A stretch of DNA of 64,000 nt. Origin: Amoebophrya sp. A120. Taxonomy: Eukaryota; Protista; Dinoflagellata. The position numbers and the translations under genes were made by a program. The notes under the pieces were generated by a model, which saw only the letters and a list, made by a program, of their open reading frames with translations, did no database searches and was not told where the DNA came from. The stretch covers positions 77,984-141,983 of the forward strand of contig CAJINV010000030.1 of the NCBI GenBank assembly GCA_905178155.1, given 5' to 3'. Below, piece after piece: positions 35,701 through 47,800 of this stretch. How positions within the stretch are numbered: position 1 is the stretch's first letter; every line of letters begins with the position of its first letter.

Positions 35701-38700
35701 CACTACATCTTCTTGGTTTGTCGGGAGCAATGAATTTCTCAGAAAGAATAAGAAACCCATGTCGAAGAGAAAGAAGAAGACCACGCAAAAAATTCTGACT
35801 GAAGACAGCGGTGCCGGTGGTGGAGCGCTCGACAATTCCTACTCTACTTCGACGCGGAAGCCAAAAGTAGCGCTTTGCCAGCAGGAGCGGGATAGTGCAG
35901 AAGTCCTCTGGGATGTGCGTGAGAGGCAGAAAAATTCTACGGCCAATAACGACTCCGACGCGCGCGGCATGGAGTTTGCGCCGGCTTCCGCGAATTGTAC
36001 GTCTGAGTCCCAGCTTAGTGCTGTGGTGAAAATGGTGGCAGAGAATCCACCGTCTGTTCCAGCATGCGCTACTGAGAGCGAGCCGTCGCCGTGCGCTAGC
36101 GACATAGACGCGACCAGCCAGGGTTCCACAGCTGCACCAGAGATCGTGGATTACAACGAGGTCTCGAAACACGTGCCGGTGGTCGATATGCCGTTTTTAA
36201 CGGCGGACTTTTGTGTGCAGGTCCGAGTCGAACGTCAGTTGCGTGCCGAGATTCTAGATCTATTGAACTACACAGCTCCAGCGTACAACTCGGAACAGCG
36301 GAGCGAAGAGCAACCCGTTCCTCGAATATTAAACAGTGGCAGCGATTTCCAAGGCGAGTTATGCGCCGCAAAAAAAAAATCTTCAGAGGCCCCCCAAAGC
36401 CCGCCGTCACTGCGCTACTCAGAATTCAGCGATATGGAAGAGGATCCTAGCACAGCGTTGTTCTGCCGCGACACGCTGTCCCGCTCGGACCGGCTGCTGA
36501 TGTATGGGGAAGCATTTGAAACCGACACCGACTTTGCGGACGCCGTCGAGGCGTGGCCACTCACGAAGGCTAAAAAGGACCTCGTGCTCTGCCGGGAGGC
36601 CCTGTTCCGACTGCGGGATTTGCACAAAAAGGCGAGCGGCGGACGCAAGGATGCTTCGTGGTGGACCGTGCTCCGGGAGAAGCTAGCAAATGTGCAATCG
36701 ACCGAGGATCTTTGGCATTGCTTCGAGATAATCAACATGCCCGGTTCGGACGATGGGAACTACAGCCACGAAGTAGGAAGTGACGACGCTAAAGGGGCCG
36801 CGGACAGCAAGGCTCATCGGGATGAATGTGGTATAGTACTGTCGCCCTCCACCACATTATCGCGAATCTGTTCTCGAATCCAGCATGCAATAGCTGCGGC
36901 GCAGTCGCAGCCGTTCTTCTTGTGGCAAGATGCGACGCAGTCATGGGCAAATGAGTTCTTCTACCACCACAGTACGGATACGATGAGGGAAAAACTCTTG
37001 CGGCAATTGCCCTCGCCGTGTGTATTCAGGTATTTGCAGTTCTTGTATCGAAGTTTTCTTTTGATGAGCATGATTTTGCCGACCCCCACTCTTTGCGCTG
37101 CTGCACTCGTGATATAGCCTCTGGTTTGTGATGTATGTATAGTGAGACAGATCACTTCAAGTTCAAATTGCGAGTTAGACTTAGTCGCCAAGGCGAAGTT
37201 TTGTTTATATTGAAGCTAAATGAGCCTGAACTACCAAATCGGTTTTATGTAGTCGCTATTTCTTACTTTTTCAGTCAAGGGACATGTCTTCCTTTTCACC
37301 GCAGAGTAGCCTAAAACAAACACAATTACATTTGCCTCGCAGGTCAGGTCCTTTGCAAAGTTGGTTTCCAACAATGTGGTGCAGCATTTGCGAGCGGACC
37401 TTCATCGCAACAGCCTGGAGCTTCCACAAGCGCGAAGACTGTCTGAATTCGCGTTTCTACCAGCTGTACAATTACGGCGGTTGGGGCGCTTTAAAACCAG
37501 CACTGGTGGAGGCGGGTGGGACGCTGGACGGCTACAAAATTCACAAGGAACAAGACGATGTGGGCGAAGGGACTATCCATGTGACAGCAGACACGACGTT
37601 GCGGTCACACACGCACGACGAGGCCGCATATGAAAATATTACATCGAGGTTGAGCGCAGTCGACGGGTCTTTGCCTCTCCTGCTTCCGTCTAATGTGCAC
37701 TACGATGCGGCGCTCGACGCGGCCATCTCGAGGGTTTATGACGAACATTTTCGTGCCAAGAAGCGCGAAGTCGAGGACGTTGTTCTTGGAATGGAACAGG
37801 ATCAGCAAACGACAGCAGATGATGCCCATCCAACCGCAGCTGATGAATTTTCGAAGCCTGCTCCTGCTCCTCCTTGCACGCCTGGCGGATTTTTTCTCGA
37901 CTTGGATTTCCCAGATACCCACAGTGCATCCTGGGAAAGGAAAGCCTGCCCGAGTGATGTACAACCGGCGCAGACTCCTCGTGCGGAGCTAAATGGGTCG
38001 ACGCCTGAAGAAGAACGACAATGTTGGGGTGATCCAAACGAAAGAGAAGCCTGTTGGCCGTTCGGAACTGCGTTGCAAGACAGTGAAATATTAAAGCAAG
38101 CAGATCTTGTTCATCATCACAACATCGGCAAGAGAAAAAACGCCGCCAGCGATGCAGCTTTGCCTGATAAAAATAAACTCCTCCTCGTTCCACCGCACGA
38201 GGAAAATAATGTCTACCAAGGCTGCAATAACGTGTCCCTCGAATCCACGCCCTTCCTGAGCTTCCGCGTCCGGACGAAAAAGCGGTTTCTCAAGGAACTG
38301 AAAATCTGTACGATCAATGCTCCCAACGACGCATTCGTTCTCGGCCAACCTCTAGACAATCTCAAGGAGGTCGCGAGCGAGGACGTCCCAAAGCTTTTCT
38401 CCGGCTGGAATCAAGCGGACGTAAAACTCGTAGATATCTCGGACAAGTACCGTGGGGTTGATCTTCTCCGCTGCACAAATCCTGTGTTGGAGGAGCGACT
38501 TTTTGCCAGCGGGTCGTGGGCGCGAGCAGGAGCTGCACCAGGAGCCAGCTGTGACGAAACTACGCCGCGGCCATCGAAAAAACCCGACTGGGACGCGTGT
38601 CGCGAAAGCGTGTGGCAGCGAAAGGAGCTTGACTATGACGTGTGGCAATCTCTGATCCTACCGGTGAAGAGCAGCAACTTTGAGGAGGTGCGTTTCTTCC

Positions 38701-38936
38701 TTATCGCAGTGCTAGATGAAGAATTGCAGGGTAGGTCCCGGCACGGTGTTGGAGGGGAGCCTTCTGTGCAGCAAGCCACGAATGTTGAGAACCACGGCGG
38801 CGCCTCATCTCCACCCCTGATCGCAACTGTCACGCAATTCTGCCCGCTATCCAGAGCTTGCTTGTTCACCTTCACAGGGGGCCGCCACCGCCACATCGAA
38901 CATAAAAGTGAAGTGCCGTTTTGTGCTGTGCCGTAG
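32757..38936 (+). CDS. Large multi-exon hypothetical protein with Cys/His zinc-finger-like motifs; probably continues into the hydrolase exon
   Basis: In-frame joins across introner 33055-33226 and GT-AG introns 33831-34216 and 37030-37342. Motifs CYLC...CQDC and CSICERTF...HKREDC. Confidence 0.7.
33055..33226. mobile_element. Degenerate introner family A
   Basis: TACGCTCTGCAAAAG...CTTTTGCAATGCATA with internal GCATGACAAAT/TTTGTCATGC. The TSD is eroded (GTGGT/CCAGT), but removing the element plus 5 nt restores the frame. Confidence 0.75.
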
Positions 38937-39040
38937 GACTTTTGCTAGAAGTCGTCCTGTAGAAGATGAAGAGTTAGAGTTTAGCTTTAGTGATCCACCA
39001 GCCACGACGGACCAGCAGTGGACAGGGCGGGAACGCGGCG

Positions 39041-39903
39041 AGTGGGGACACGGCCAGGTGGGGACACGGCCAGGTGGGGACACGGCCAGGTGGGGACACG
39101 GCCAGGTGGGGACACGGCCAAGTGGGGACACGGCCAAGTGGGGACACGGCCAAGTGGGGACACGACGGCGGGTGGGGACACGACGGCGGGTGGGGACACG
39201 ACGGCGGGTGGGGACACGACGGCCGGCCAAGTGGGGACACGACGGTCGGCCAAGTGGGGACACGACGGCCGGCCAGGTGGGGACACGACGGCCGGCCAAG
39301 TGGGGACACGACGGCCAGCCAAGTGGGGACACGACGGCCGGCCGAGTGGGGACACGACGGCCGGCCAGGTGGGGACACGGCGGCCGGCCAAGTGGGGACA
39401 CGACGGTCGGCCAAGTGGGGACACGACGCACGGCCGGCCAAGTGGGGACACGACGGACGGCCGGCCAAGTGGGGACACGACGGCCGGCCAAGTGGGGACA
39501 CGACGGCCGGCCAAGTGGGGACACGACGGCCGGCCAAATGGGGACACGATGGCCGGCCAAGTGGGGACACGACGGCCGGCCAAGTGGGGACACGACGGCC
39601 GGCCAAATGGGGACACGATGGCCGGCCAAGTGGGGACACGACGGCCGGCCAAGTGGGGACACGACGGCCAGCCAAGTGGGGACACGACGGCCGGCCAGGT
39701 GGGGACACGACGGCCGGCCAGGTGGGGACACGACGGCTGGCCAAGTGGGGACACGGCGGCCGGCCAAGTGGGGACACGACGGCCGGCCAAGTGGGGACAC
39801 GACGGTCGGCCAAGTGGGGACACGACGGCCGAGTGGGGACACGGAGGTGGGGTCACGGAGGTGGGGACACGGAGGTGGGGTCACGGAGGTGGGGACACGG
39901 AGG
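39041..39903. repeat. G-rich composite minisatellite, core GTGGGGACAC
   Basis: Successive unit lengths of 16, 18, 23 and 14 bp, all built on GTGGGG(A/T)CAC; probably intronic. Confidence 0.95.
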
Positions 39904-40245
39904 TGGGGGCGCGAAGGCTGGTCCGAACGGAGCTGCAGAGGCAGATTTGGCCCCGGCGCCTCCGCATCTGCCGGTCAGACTTGCAGCTGCAATGGCGGGC
40001 TGGTCCGGTCTATATGCCCAGTATTTTATACTAATTTAAAAATGTTCCCTTTACATGAACTTTCTGGGAAATCCAAATGCTGAGATACGACACTCCCTGC
40101 TCGATTTTTTTACCGCTGTGGAAGTTGCATTATTTTCAATGTTCCTCGTAAGAATTGCATTTGCAGCAACCGCAGAAGCGGACAGCACTTCGGAAAAACA
40201 TTCATTTGCGCATGGCTTCCTGGTGGTTGAGCATCTCTTGGATAG

Positions 40246-42222
40246 CTCCGTCGCGAGTTTCGGACATACGGGCGTCCAGGACACGTCTGCACGGTCTATT
40301 TCGATCTAGACGAAAGTTTCGAGTACCGGCGTCAGGCCAACAACGACACGCTGGAACAAGCTTGCGAAGCACAGCTGCAGCAAGCTCGAAAGCTGCGTGG
40401 CAAGGTCAGTCCCGTGCAGGTCTACGCGGAAGGAACACTGTTGACCAGCATGATTTACGTGCCGCTGTGCGCTGTCAGCTCCACGGCGTTGTTGCGGGAG
40501 GTGCACAGAGAGACGGCGTGCTCTAGTACCTCTACTTCGACGCGAAAGAACCAGGATACTATTCTCGCCACGGGCGTTGAAGATGGAAAAAAAGAGCGCA
40601 GTCTAGTACTTCGCAGCCCGAAAGGACGAAGTCGTCAGACCAGTGGCAACTTTTACACGGAGGCTCTCACAGCCGCGTGGCAAGCTCATCGCGACGACGG
40701 AACTCGGTACGAAAATTACGTTTGCTCCACGGTTGGAGGAGCTCGGGCAGACCGCTGGTCGGTGGCTCCTGGTGTCGTGTCCAGCAGTGAGGAGGAAGTG
40801 CGTTCGGCATTTGATGCTGGTTGGCAACATCATCTTCCCGACGGCTGCACGACGGATGTTGACTATTGGGAACAAGATTGGCGGGCTTTTTTTCCCGGAG
40901 ATGTCATCGTCAACTCCGTCGGTTGGCTGCGCAGCGCGTCTGGCCACGAGGTGGAGGTCCAAAGGAGTGAAGACGCCTACATTTTTCAGGATGAAAGTGA
41001 CCCCGAAGACCCGATGTACGAGCAAAAATCGCTAAGAAATGTCGATGAGTCAATTTCAACAGTGGGTAAGAGGAAAACCACGCGTGACCAAGACCACGAG
41101 TGCCCGACGCCAACATCCGAAGATGATAAGGATCTCAAGCAGAGAACCTATCGTGCGGCAAAGGAGACCCGATACCCTATCCACATCTTCCTGCATGGGG
41201 ACGTAGCGCGCTCGGCGGACACGCAGCAGCTTCCGGGCGTCTGCCAGGGTATGCTTCCCTACCCCGAGATCAGCTGGGGACACCCGATCAAATATTTGGA
41301 GCGAGGGCTCGCAAGACAGTGGGAGAAGCAAAGGACGCATCATCGCCGAGTTTTTGTAGAGGGAAAAGAAAAAGATGAATTCGGCAATTACAACGACCCT
41401 GAGAGGAGCTCTATAGAAGAGCAAGACCGGTGTACCAAAATGCTCGCGCACTCGGTTCTAATCATGCCGTTTTGTACTGACGACTGCTTTTGGTTCCGCG
41501 GTCCGCCCAATCGCTCTGACGCAAAACTGTTCAACCGTGGCGTCGTTGCGGTGATGGCCAAGCTCCGTCGCATCGCGATCGACCTGCTGCAGGGAGATGC
41601 GCGGCGGCTGTACCTGACGGGAGCGTCGATGGGTGGATACGGAGTGCTTGAGCTTGCGGCCTTGTGGGGACCCGAGGTTGTGGCCGCCGTGGTGGCGCTT
41701 TCCCCGTGCCGCGAGCTACGCACTAACCCAGCGCAGAGTGGGTGGTTCGCGGAGCGGCTGGCGGACATTCCGCTCTGGATTTTCCACAGCCGGGAGGACA
41801 AGTGCTGCAAATTCGTGGATACCCTCTCCCTTGTACACGAGCTTCTGTCTAAGAGGGCGGACAAATTAGACGAGATGTTGCACAGAATCGAGGGACAAGC
41901 AACCGCCACCGAAGCTGCACCAGCACCGCTTCGGTTCACTACCTGCGGACTTCCGAATGTTGCTCGCTGTTTCACGAAACACAGCCGGCTGACCGAAGTC
42001 ATGGATAACTCCGAGGACGTTTATTTGTGGATGTACCAGTTTCTTCTCCGAGGAAGCGGCAACAACGATCAATCGGGTGAAGGTCGCTGGTCGTGCTTGG
42101 ACGTCAGTAGAGACTACCCCGTTGCGCCGCAAGGTGGACAAATGAATTTGCCATACCCGAAGAGTGCCTTTCTCGCCTTCCACCAAACTGCGGCATGGCG
42201 GGACCCGGAGCAGGCAAGGTGA
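40246..42222 (+). CDS. Alpha/beta-hydrolase (predicted peptidase/esterase-like) domain; likely the terminal exon of the upstream gene
   Basis: PIHIFLHG, RLYLTGASMGGYG (GxSxG), IPLWIFHSRED and a distal His. The frame is open from the AG at 40245. Confidence 0.82.
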   Translation, partial: LRREFRTYGRPGHVCTVYFDLDESFEYRRQANNDTLEQACEAQLQQARKLRGKVSPVQVYAEGTLLTSMIYVPLCAVSSTALLREVHRETACSSTSTSTRKNQDTILATGVEDGKKERSLVLRSPKGRSRQTSGNFYTEALTAAWQAHRDDGTRYENYVCSTVGGARADRWSVAPGVVSSSEEEVRSAFDAGWQHHLPDGCTTDVDYWEQDWRAFFPGDVIVNSVGWLRSASGHEVEVQRSEDAYIFQDESDPEDPMYEQKSLRNVDESISTVGKRKTTRDQDHECPTPTSEDDKDLKQRTYRAAKETRYPIHIFLHGDVARSADTQQLPGVCQGMLPYPEISWGHPIKYLERGLARQWEKQRTHHRRVFVEGKEKDEFGNYNDPERSSIEEQDRCTKMLAHSVLIMPFCTDDCFWFRGPPNRSDAKLFNRGVVAVMAKLRRIAIDLLQGDARRLYLTGASMGGYGVLELAALWGPEVVAAVVALSPCRELRTNPAQSGWFAERLADIPLWIFHSREDKCCKFVDTLSLVHELLSKRADKLDEMLHRIEGQATATEAAPAPLRFTTCGLPNVARCFTKHSRLTEVMDNSEDVYLWMYQFLLRGSGNNDQSGEGRWSCLDVSRDYPVAPQGGQMNLPYPKSAFLAFHQTAAWRDPEQAR

Positions 42223-42979
42223 TAATTTGGCATAACAGGGTCCTCGTCGCGCTCGGTGCACTTCGTACATGTAGCTCAATCTTTTGCTCAAAGTCAAAAC
42301 GAGATAGAAAATGAAGTTTTTCCATAAATAGTTTTCTCTCCGGTGACCACGGTGTTTCTGTTCATTATTAGCAACGCGAAATTGGCATGGCTGTTTTCTT
42401 GGAATAGAAGTAAAACAAATCCATGAGGCAGGACTCCCACAAATTTTCCAAATCCATGACGCAGGATTCCCACAATTTTTGCGCGATGAAAAAATTGAGA
42501 TCCAAAAATGAAATTATCGTTTGCTATGCCGGTGTTGCGGTGAACAAAAACAAAAGCACTAGTGCCGACGGTAAAAGAGGTTTGGAGTTGGACAGGCAGG
42601 ATCCCCGCTAAATCAAAGTGTATTTTGGTAGATGTCTGAATCTGGATCGGCGACTTGTGATCCAAACATATGAAAGGCGATTTTATTTTTTGTGTTTGAT
42701 TGTAGTTTCTGTTTCCACGATCATAATCTAAAAATTTCCCGCGAGTCAATCCTCTCCTGCAAAAAGCGGTGTTCAGGTCGAACTTACATCACAAGTATCA
42801 GGAATCTCCACCTCTAGAAATCCATCTGGACCACATCTACAACTAGACAGAAGATTTTCCAACTTTAGTTAATCTGTGACTTACACCACTAGGAAAAGGA
42901 AATAAAGCCGGTTTATTTCTCACATTTCTACATTTCCTCTTCTTTCCTCCGCAACAGAAAAACCACAACCCCATCGAAA

Positions 42980-43447
42980 ATGCCGTCGGTGACCTGCGAC
43001 GAAAACGTGCTGTGCGTGAAGAAGCTGAGTGGGAACGCGACGGTGCCCACCAAGGGTTCGAAGGACAGCGCCGGGTACGACCTGTCTGCCGCCCACGAGA
43101 CGGAGATTCCGGCCCAGGGGAAGGGCTTGGTGAAAACCGACTTGGCGATCAAGATGCCGGCGGGCGTGTACGGCCGCGTGGCACCCCGCAGTGGCCTGGC
43201 CCACAAGAAGCACATCGACGTCGGCGCCGGCGTGATTGACGCCGACTACCGCGGCAACGTGGGGGTCGTGCTCTTCAACCACGCCCAGGAGCCCCTGAAG
43301 GTCGAGAAGGGGGACCGCGTCGCGCAGTTGATCCTGGAGAAGTACCTCACGGTCGACGGCGTGCGCGAGTGCGAGGACCTGGACGAGACGGACCGCGGTG
43401 CGGGCGGCTTCGGCTCCACCGGCGTCTCCGCGGCCCCGCCGTCCTAA
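42980..43447 (+). CDS. DUT: Trimeric dUTP diphosphatase
   Basis: All five dUTPase motifs: [37 protein letters not shown]; intronless. Confidence 0.98.
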   Translation: MPSVTCDENVLCVKKLSGNATVPTKGSKDSAGYDLSAAHETEIPAQGKGLVKTDLAIKMPAGVYGRVAPRSGLAHKKHIDVGAGVIDADYRGNVGVVLFNHAQEPLKVEKGDRVAQLILEKYLTVDGVRECEDLDETDRGAGGFGSTGVSAAPPS

Positions 43448-44887
43448 GCTGGTTTTCAGTGATACACTCGCTGGAAAAGATAAACGCAGGATGTAGTTGA
43501 CATCTTGTGCACAAAATGTCAGCGCACCACGGTGGTTTTCGATCTTCGGAAAGTTGTCGTGACAACCGACCTACTGTCAGCAAAAATGAAAATCACACGG
43601 AATCTTACGAAGAAGCAGTCAGAGAGCAGGATACAAACGGACTTGGACCTTCACACTTACGCAACGAACACGGGGGTACTTACTTTTTGTTTTCCGTTCA
43701 CGCCAATTTTTTTGTGAATCTTGCATGCGTATGAGCTTAGACAAGATGCGTTGGTTACGTCGCCTCCACTAGAAATTGCTAACGCTGAAGTTTTCATATC
43801 GATTTTCCACAACGGTGTGCATTGCATTGGGAATCCCAGATGAATATGGCGTCTGAGATAAAAGACAAAGAAAAAATTATCCACAGGTATTTTACCTTCA
43901 CTATGTATTCCAAGAATCTCCTGGAATCGTTCCTGCACCTACGCGAAGAAGACTACCACTTTCCAGATTCGTCGACCAGAATCTTCGCGAGGACCAGATG
44001 ATGATCTTTCAAGTGCAACTCTCTCTTCAAACTACGTTTTAGAAATGCCCTGCTCACAATTCTTCTCTCCGGCGACGCCACGAGCGATCTCTTCGAAAAT
44101 TCAACTTCTGAAGAAAAGACAGTGTTGTTTGCGACAGCACGGAATAACACCGGAGAAGGATTGCTGTAGAAAAGACCTTACGATGTTGACGATGATCTTG
44201 CTGTACCAGCGGAGAATCGAATAAAACAACACTTTGATACAAACGGCATGCTCTGCACGCATCTGATAACGTCAATCATGATAAAAAAAATTGGAGCTGG
44301 AATGCTACCGAGATCAAAAGGCTTGTAGTTCAAGACTCTTTACTCGGATTGTTCCTGGCGCTAATCAAACGTCTCCAGTAAATCCAACTACTGGTTTGAA
44401 TTGCAATTTCTACAAGAACTCGATGACGAAAATAAAATTTGAATTTTCGAAAACGGAAAAGCCAGCCGAGAGACAGAACCACAGAGTGCAAAGCAATTTG
44501 TGTTTCTAGAGAGAGTCCTCGTGAGCGTTTACCAAATTTTATCAACCGATTTTGCTTTCATCTCCGCAAGAGTGTAACTTTGCGACTGCATCCTGAATCA
44601 TTCAAAATGCTATTTCCATCCCGTAGAAAAAAAAATTATGCAAGAGAGAAGGAGTAGAGTCGTCCTTGCGTGTAGTGTGAGTGGAGGAAAGACCACGATA
44701 AGTACTTACTATTAGTAGGGGTAGACATCAAGAGAGAAGTTGTACAAACAAGCAAAATCAAAAAGAAGAGTTCATACAGTAAAGTTTTAGACCTAATTGT
44801 GGATCGGACGAAAGTTTTGAGTCTTGTTGTCGCCATCAATTTGTTTGGCATGTAGCATTTTTCCGGTTCGTTGCAGCAAAAGCAAAG

Positions 44888-47800
44888 ATGGCACTGCAGC
44901 AACCGAACCCACCGTGCGGGGACGACTTGGCTTTGTTGTTGTCGAAAATTGTACTGCATTTGCCGTACGACGCCAGTGCAGTGGATCCGGAATTCGCCTC
45001 CTACCTTCGCGAAAACGCATTGACGTGTGTTGTGGTCGGGAAATGGCAGACCAGCAACCTCGAGCAACTGAAAAACCACAGTCTGGCTGCGAAAGCAGCC
45101 GGCTTGGCAACGAGAACAAGTGCTGGTGGCGGCATCGATCGCAACAACCCGTTCGCGCGGGCGGGGCAAAAGGCGGGCAACGCGGATTCCACCCCCGCAG
45201 CGTCGGAAGGGGGCGTCGCGTACTACTGCAGCCGTGTGCAGTCCCGCAGCTTCGGTTTGTCCATGGTCGCGGTGAAGCAGATTTCGGGTTCCAAAACCGC
45301 CACTTCCAAGACGGAGGAGCCCGCGTACCTGGAGCGCAAGCGGCTGCAGGTGCTGCGTATCCAGTGCAAAAGTATCGTTGCAATTGCTTTTATGCATTAC
45401 AAATCTTTTTTGTAAGGCAAATCCGCATTACAAATTCAATTTGTAATGCTGAGCCAATGTGTATTGCAATTTCTACTAGTACGATACTTTGCAATGCATA
45501 CTGCGCCTCGCGTGGGAGGATGGGTTTCCGTTGGACCTGCGCGAGATCGGCGTGAACCCTTACACCAAAACCGTGTCCTTCACGTTGCGCGACCAGGCGC
45601 CCCTCAGCCGCGGTGCCTTTCCGTATGCAGTGCAAAAGTATCGTACTACTTCTACAACTCGTATAAAAATGCATTACAAATTTCCTCAGCATGAGAAAAA
45701 ACTTTGTAATGCAGATTTACCGTACCCGTAACAAAACAATTAGTAATGCATGATTGCAATACGAGTACGATACTTTTGCAATGCATATTCCGGAGCACGA
45801 GCTGAAGCGGGCCGTCCGCGCGAGCGCCCGGGAGGAACGGGTCGCGAGGAATGAGAGGGGGAACGAAACCGCGGTAGGTGTGGCAAAAGCATCGTACTCT
45901 AGTTCTAGTAGAAATTTTTACGAATACAAATTTTTCGCAGAGATGAAGAAATGCAATTTGTAATTCGGATTTGGGTAAGAAACAACAAGGTTTGGATTTG
46001 TCATGAGTACGATCCTTTTGCATTGCATACGCAGACCAGGCCTACGAAATCCTGCCGCCGAAACGCGTGGCGCCATATGACAGTGCACAACTCCCCCTCC
46101 CCCTCATTTGTAATGCAAGATCCCGAATCCTCCAGCTGCTGCCTCGTAGCACTGTGTGCATGACAAATCCTGGAAGCCCAAACAACACTACACTCCAGTG
46201 CAAATTTGTCATGCAAAACCGGCATTCTTTCTAATGCTTGCATTGCTGTTCATGCAATACAAATGAGGGGGAGGGGGAGTTGTGCACTTTTATATGCCAA
46301 GGCGGTTCTCGACGAGCTCAAGCGCCGGTGGAGGAGCGGAAGGCCGGCTGGAGGTTGACGGCCGCAAGAATCGAGTACAGCTGCAAAGTATGAAATGCAA
46401 AAGCCTCGTACTAGTATAAATTGCATGACAAATTCCCTCAGCATGAAAAATGAAATTTGTAATGCGGATTTAGGTTAGAAGGGAGATTTGTGATGCATGA
46501 TTGCGAATTACTACGAGTACGATACTTTTGCACAGGATACAAACCGAGAGTACTAGCAGTGCTCTCGAAGGTCATCTGGTTCATTCCGACGTCGACGTGC
46601 ATCTTCCCGGGCTGAACTCGACGGCTTTCCAGCAGCTTGCGTTCCCCGAACGCGGCGCCTTGTTTCTGGAATTCTACATCTTCCGACCGTCGAATAAACA
46701 ACAGGTGCTGGGCGCCACGGGCGTCTCCGGGGACGTCATCTACCACTTCAACTACACCCTGGACCTGTTCAACCTCCGGCGCCGCAGCCGCCAGAAGCTC
46801 CCCGGGGAGCTCGGTACGGTGAAAAACCCGCCACTCGCGAAGGCACCCCGGGCCACCTTCCTGGATATCAAATGCAAAAATGTCTGGGTCTGGAAACTTG
46901 TAATGCTGCGTTGGGAATAGTGAATGCTCTGTAATGCACAGGCAAGCATCAGAAATATCTGTGCTTCTTTGTGGTGCGTTTTTCGCATGACAAACTGCGT
47001 TTTTGCAGGACATGCAAAAGGGTCTCTTCTTGGACACGCATCACAAACTTTTTGGTCATGCCAGACAAGCATGACAAACTTGCATTCTTCCAGACCCAGA
47101 CATTTTTGCATTTGATACTGGACTACGGAGAGGAAAATCACGGCGACGAGCTTTGTTCCTCCCGCCCGCAGCTCTTCGTGCAGGACTGCTTTCGCGTGGA
47201 GGAGGCCCAGACCGCGCGGTGGAAAGCCAAGCCCTACCTACGACCCTACTGCGAAGTGGAGTTGGAATCTGCAGATCACAGTTTTCAAGCGCCTCGGCAG
47301 GGACAGGAAAAAGGACCGTCAGTCGCGGCCTCATCTTCGTCCTCCAGTCAGGCGGGTCGGCGTGGAGATAAGAAGAGAGTGACGACGGGTACTTCCCAAA
47401 ATTTTTCGCATTCCTGCAGCAGAGGAACACCTTCACTAGCGAAATAAAACTAGAAATGTTTATTTTGTTTTTCATATGACGGCCATGTCATTCGGTTTGG
47501 GCTTTGCTTGACGCACCATGAAGGTTTGTTTTGTTTGTACTTATTCATTCCTAAGTGTAAGTAGAACTTTGTGCAAAAGCTAAATTAACATAAAACTACA
47601 GCTACTGCTACACAACCGTTTTTTATATTCTAGGCACACCAGGGCGAACCGCAACGAACCCAGCGAGGAGACCTTCAGCCGGTAACTCGAACGAACTCAA
47701 GGTACCTGATGACGACGACGACCAGGACCTTTCGCATTACCCAAGCAACAGCCGCAAACCAGCCTTGATGCGGAGTAGTAGAACCAGTGCAGCGAGGACT

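Noticed and set aside
38847-40083. Six overlapping ORFs across the GTGGGGACAC array
   Set aside because: Minisatellite artefact; the unit lengths (16, 23, 14 bp) are mostly not multiples of three.
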